Assembly: GCF_009914755.1 (NCBI RefSeq)
Contig: NC_060939.1
Reading direction: 5' to 3' (one strand)
DNA: 64,000 bases
Source: the human T2T-CHM13v2.0 reference genome, Homo sapiens
Below are positions 61,442 through 64,000 of this stretch, piece after piece. Within the stretch, counting starts at the first letter, position 1, and each line of letters begins with the position of its first letter. Both the position numbers and the translations under genes were made by a program. Under the pieces are notes generated by a model. That model worked only from the letters and a program-made list of their open reading frames with translations. It was not told the origin of the DNA and ran no database searches.

Positions 61442-64000
61442 ATTTTTTGTATAATTTTTTTAAAAACTTCAATAGTTCTGGGGGTACAGGTGGATTTTGG
61501 TTACATGGATGAGTTTTTTAGTAGTGAATTCTGAGATTTTTAGTGCATCCATCACCTGAGCAGTGTATACTGTATTTAATATATTTTCTTTTATTCCTCA
61601 CTCTCCTCCCAACCTTCCTCCTCCAAGTCCCCATAGTCCATTATATCACCCTGCACGTTTTTGCATCCTCACAGCTTAGCTCCCACTTATAAATGAGCAT
61701 ATATGTTATTTGGTTTTCCATTACTGAGTTACTTCACTTAGAATAATGGCCTCCGGTTCCATCCAAGTTGCTGCAATAAACATTATTTTGTTTCTTTTTA
61801 TGGCTGAATAGTAGTCCACGGTGTAAAATAACACATTTTCTTTAACCACTTGTTGGTCAGTGGGCACTTAGGTTGGTTCTATATTCTTGCAATTGTGAAT
61901 TGTGCTGCTATAAGCGTGCATATACATATGTATTTTTCATATAATGACTTCTTTTCCTTTGGGTAGATACCCAGTAGTGGAGTGAATGGTAGATCTACTT
62001 TTAGTTATTTAAGTAATCTCCATACTGTTTTCTATACTGATTATACTAATTTACATTCCCGCCAGCATTGTAAAAGTGTTCTCTTTTTACCACATCCATG
62101 CCAACATCTATTGTTTTTTGACTCTTTTATTATTACCATTCTTGCAGGAGTAAGGTGATATCTCATTGTGGTTTTAATTTGCATTTCCCTGATGATTCGT
62201 GATGTTGAGCATTTATTCATGTTTGTTGGCTGTTTGTATATCTTTCTTTTGAGAAATGTCTATTCATGTCCTTTGCTCACTTTTTGATGGGATTATTGTT
62301 TTTTTTTTTTTCTTGCTGATTTGAGTTCCTTGTAGATTCTGGATACTAGCCCTTTGTCAGATGCATAGTTTGTAAATATTTTTCTCCCACAGACTGTGGG
62401 TTGTCTGTTTACTCTGCTGATTATTTCTTTTGCTGTGCAGAAGCTTTTTAGTTTAATTAGGTTCCATTTATTTATTTTTTTGTGTCATTTGCTTTTGGGG
62501 TCTTATTCATAAATTCTTTACTTAAGCCAATGTCTAGAAGAGTTTTTCCAATGTTGTCTTCTATAATTTTTATGATTTCAGGTCTTAGATTTAAGTCTTT
62601 GATCCATCTTGAGTTGACTTTTATATAAGGTGAGAGATGAGGATCCAGTTTCATTCTTATACATGTGGCTTGCCAGTTTTCCCAGCCAATTTATTGAATA
62701 GGGAGTTCATTCTCCAATTTACATTTTTGCATACTTTGTCAAAGATCAGCTGGCTGTAAGTATTTGGCTTTATTTATGAGTTCTCTATTTTGTTACATTT
62801 GGTCTAAGTGCCTATTTTTATACCAGTACCATGATGTTTTGGTAACTATAGCCTTGTAGTATAATTTGAGGTCCAATAATGTGATGTCTCCAGATTAGTT
62901 ATTTTTGCTTACTATTGCTCTGTCTATGTGGGCTCTTTTTTGGTTCCATATAAATTTCAGGGATTTTTCCTAGCTCTGTGAAAAATGATAGTATTTTGCT
63001 GGGAATTACATTGAATTTGTAGATTGATTTGGGCAGTATGGTCATTTTCACAATATTGATTCTTCCTATCCATGAGAATGGGATGTGTTTCCATTTGTAG
63101 TTTTTATTGTAGAGATCTTTTACCTCCTTGGTTAAGTATATTCTCAGGTATTTTATTTTTTATTTTTGCAGCCATTGTAAAAGGGATTGAGTTCTTGATT
63201 TGATTCCCATATTTGTTGTTGTTGGTGTACACAGCAGTGCTACCGATTTTTCTACATTGATTTTGTAACCTAAAACTTTACTGAATTCATTGATCAGATC
63301 TAGTAGCCTTTTGGATGAGTCTTTAGGGTTTTCTAGGTGCATGATCATATCATCAGCAAATAGCAACAGTTTGACTTCTTTTTTTCCAATTTGGATGCCC
63401 TTTATTTATTTGTTTTTCCTGATTGCTCTGCCTAGAAGTTCTAGTACTATGCCAAATAGAAGTGGTAAAAGTGGGCATCCTTATCTTCTTCCAGTTTTCA
63501 GGGAGAATGATTTTAACTTTTTCCCATTCAGTATTATGTTGGCTGTGGGTTTGTCATATATGGCTCTTATTACTTTGAGGTAAGTTCCTTCTATGCCTAC
63601 TTTGTTGAGGGCTTTTCACATAAAGGAATGCTATATTTTATCAAATGCTTTTTCTGCATCTATTGAGATGATCATAGGGTTTTTGTTTTTAATTCTGTTT
63701 ATGTGATGTATCAAAATTATTGACTTATGTATGTTAAACCATCCTTGCATCCCTGGGATAAAACCCACTTGATCATATTGTACTATCTTTTTGATGCACT
63801 ATTAGATTCAATTATCTAGTATTTTCTTGAAGATCTTTGCATCTATGTTAATCAGTGATATGGATCTATTATTTTCTTTTATGTCCTTTCTTGATTTTGG
63901 TATTATGGTGATGCTGGCTTCACAGAATGATTTAGAGAGAAATTCTTCTTTCTCAATCTTTGAGAATACTTTCAGCAGGATTGGTACCAATTTTTTGAAT
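61442..64000 (-). mobile_element. L1PB-type 3' portion (3'UTR plus ORF2), runs off the window
   Basis: T-rich tail then aatagttctgggggtacaggtggattttggttacatggatgag (L1PB 3' end); ORF pieces [26 protein letters not shown]. Confidence 0.92.

Noticed and set aside
58338-64000. Single twin-primed (5'-inverted) L1
   Set aside because: The poly-A end lies at the internal junction rather than the outer end, and the halves resemble different subfamilies

Overview
Primate (human-like) non-coding genomic DNA, intergenic or deep intronic and AT-rich. I could not identify any host protein-coding gene, tRNA, rRNA or CRISPR-like element, and I could not place the locus. Every long ORF in the track is a LINE-1 fragment. 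The short ORFs are Alu-, simple-repeat- or chance-derived. Main content: (1) a full-length but inactivated ~6.04 kb L1PA2/PA3-type element (17975-24016, minus) with a perfect 14-bp TSD, splitting a MER21C-like LTR; (2) a ~6 kb old L1MC-type element with an internal deletion; (3) a three-layer L1 nest at the right end; (4) seven Alus plus one Alu fragment, several MaLR/ERV solo LTRs, a long L2 and many MIRs. Non-routine observations: a ~345-bp local templated copy of an old L1 segment pasted into an L2 tail 3.3 kb away, a MER93-like LTR retaining a CCAAT-NF-kB-CCAAT-TATA promoter beside an inverted Alu pair around a candidate exon, and weak evidence for a spliced minus-strand transcript with a small ORF. 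I see no convincing new biological system. Repeat subfamily names come from my recall of consensus sequences and need RepeatMasker/Dfam confirmation. Boundaries of old repeats are approximate.
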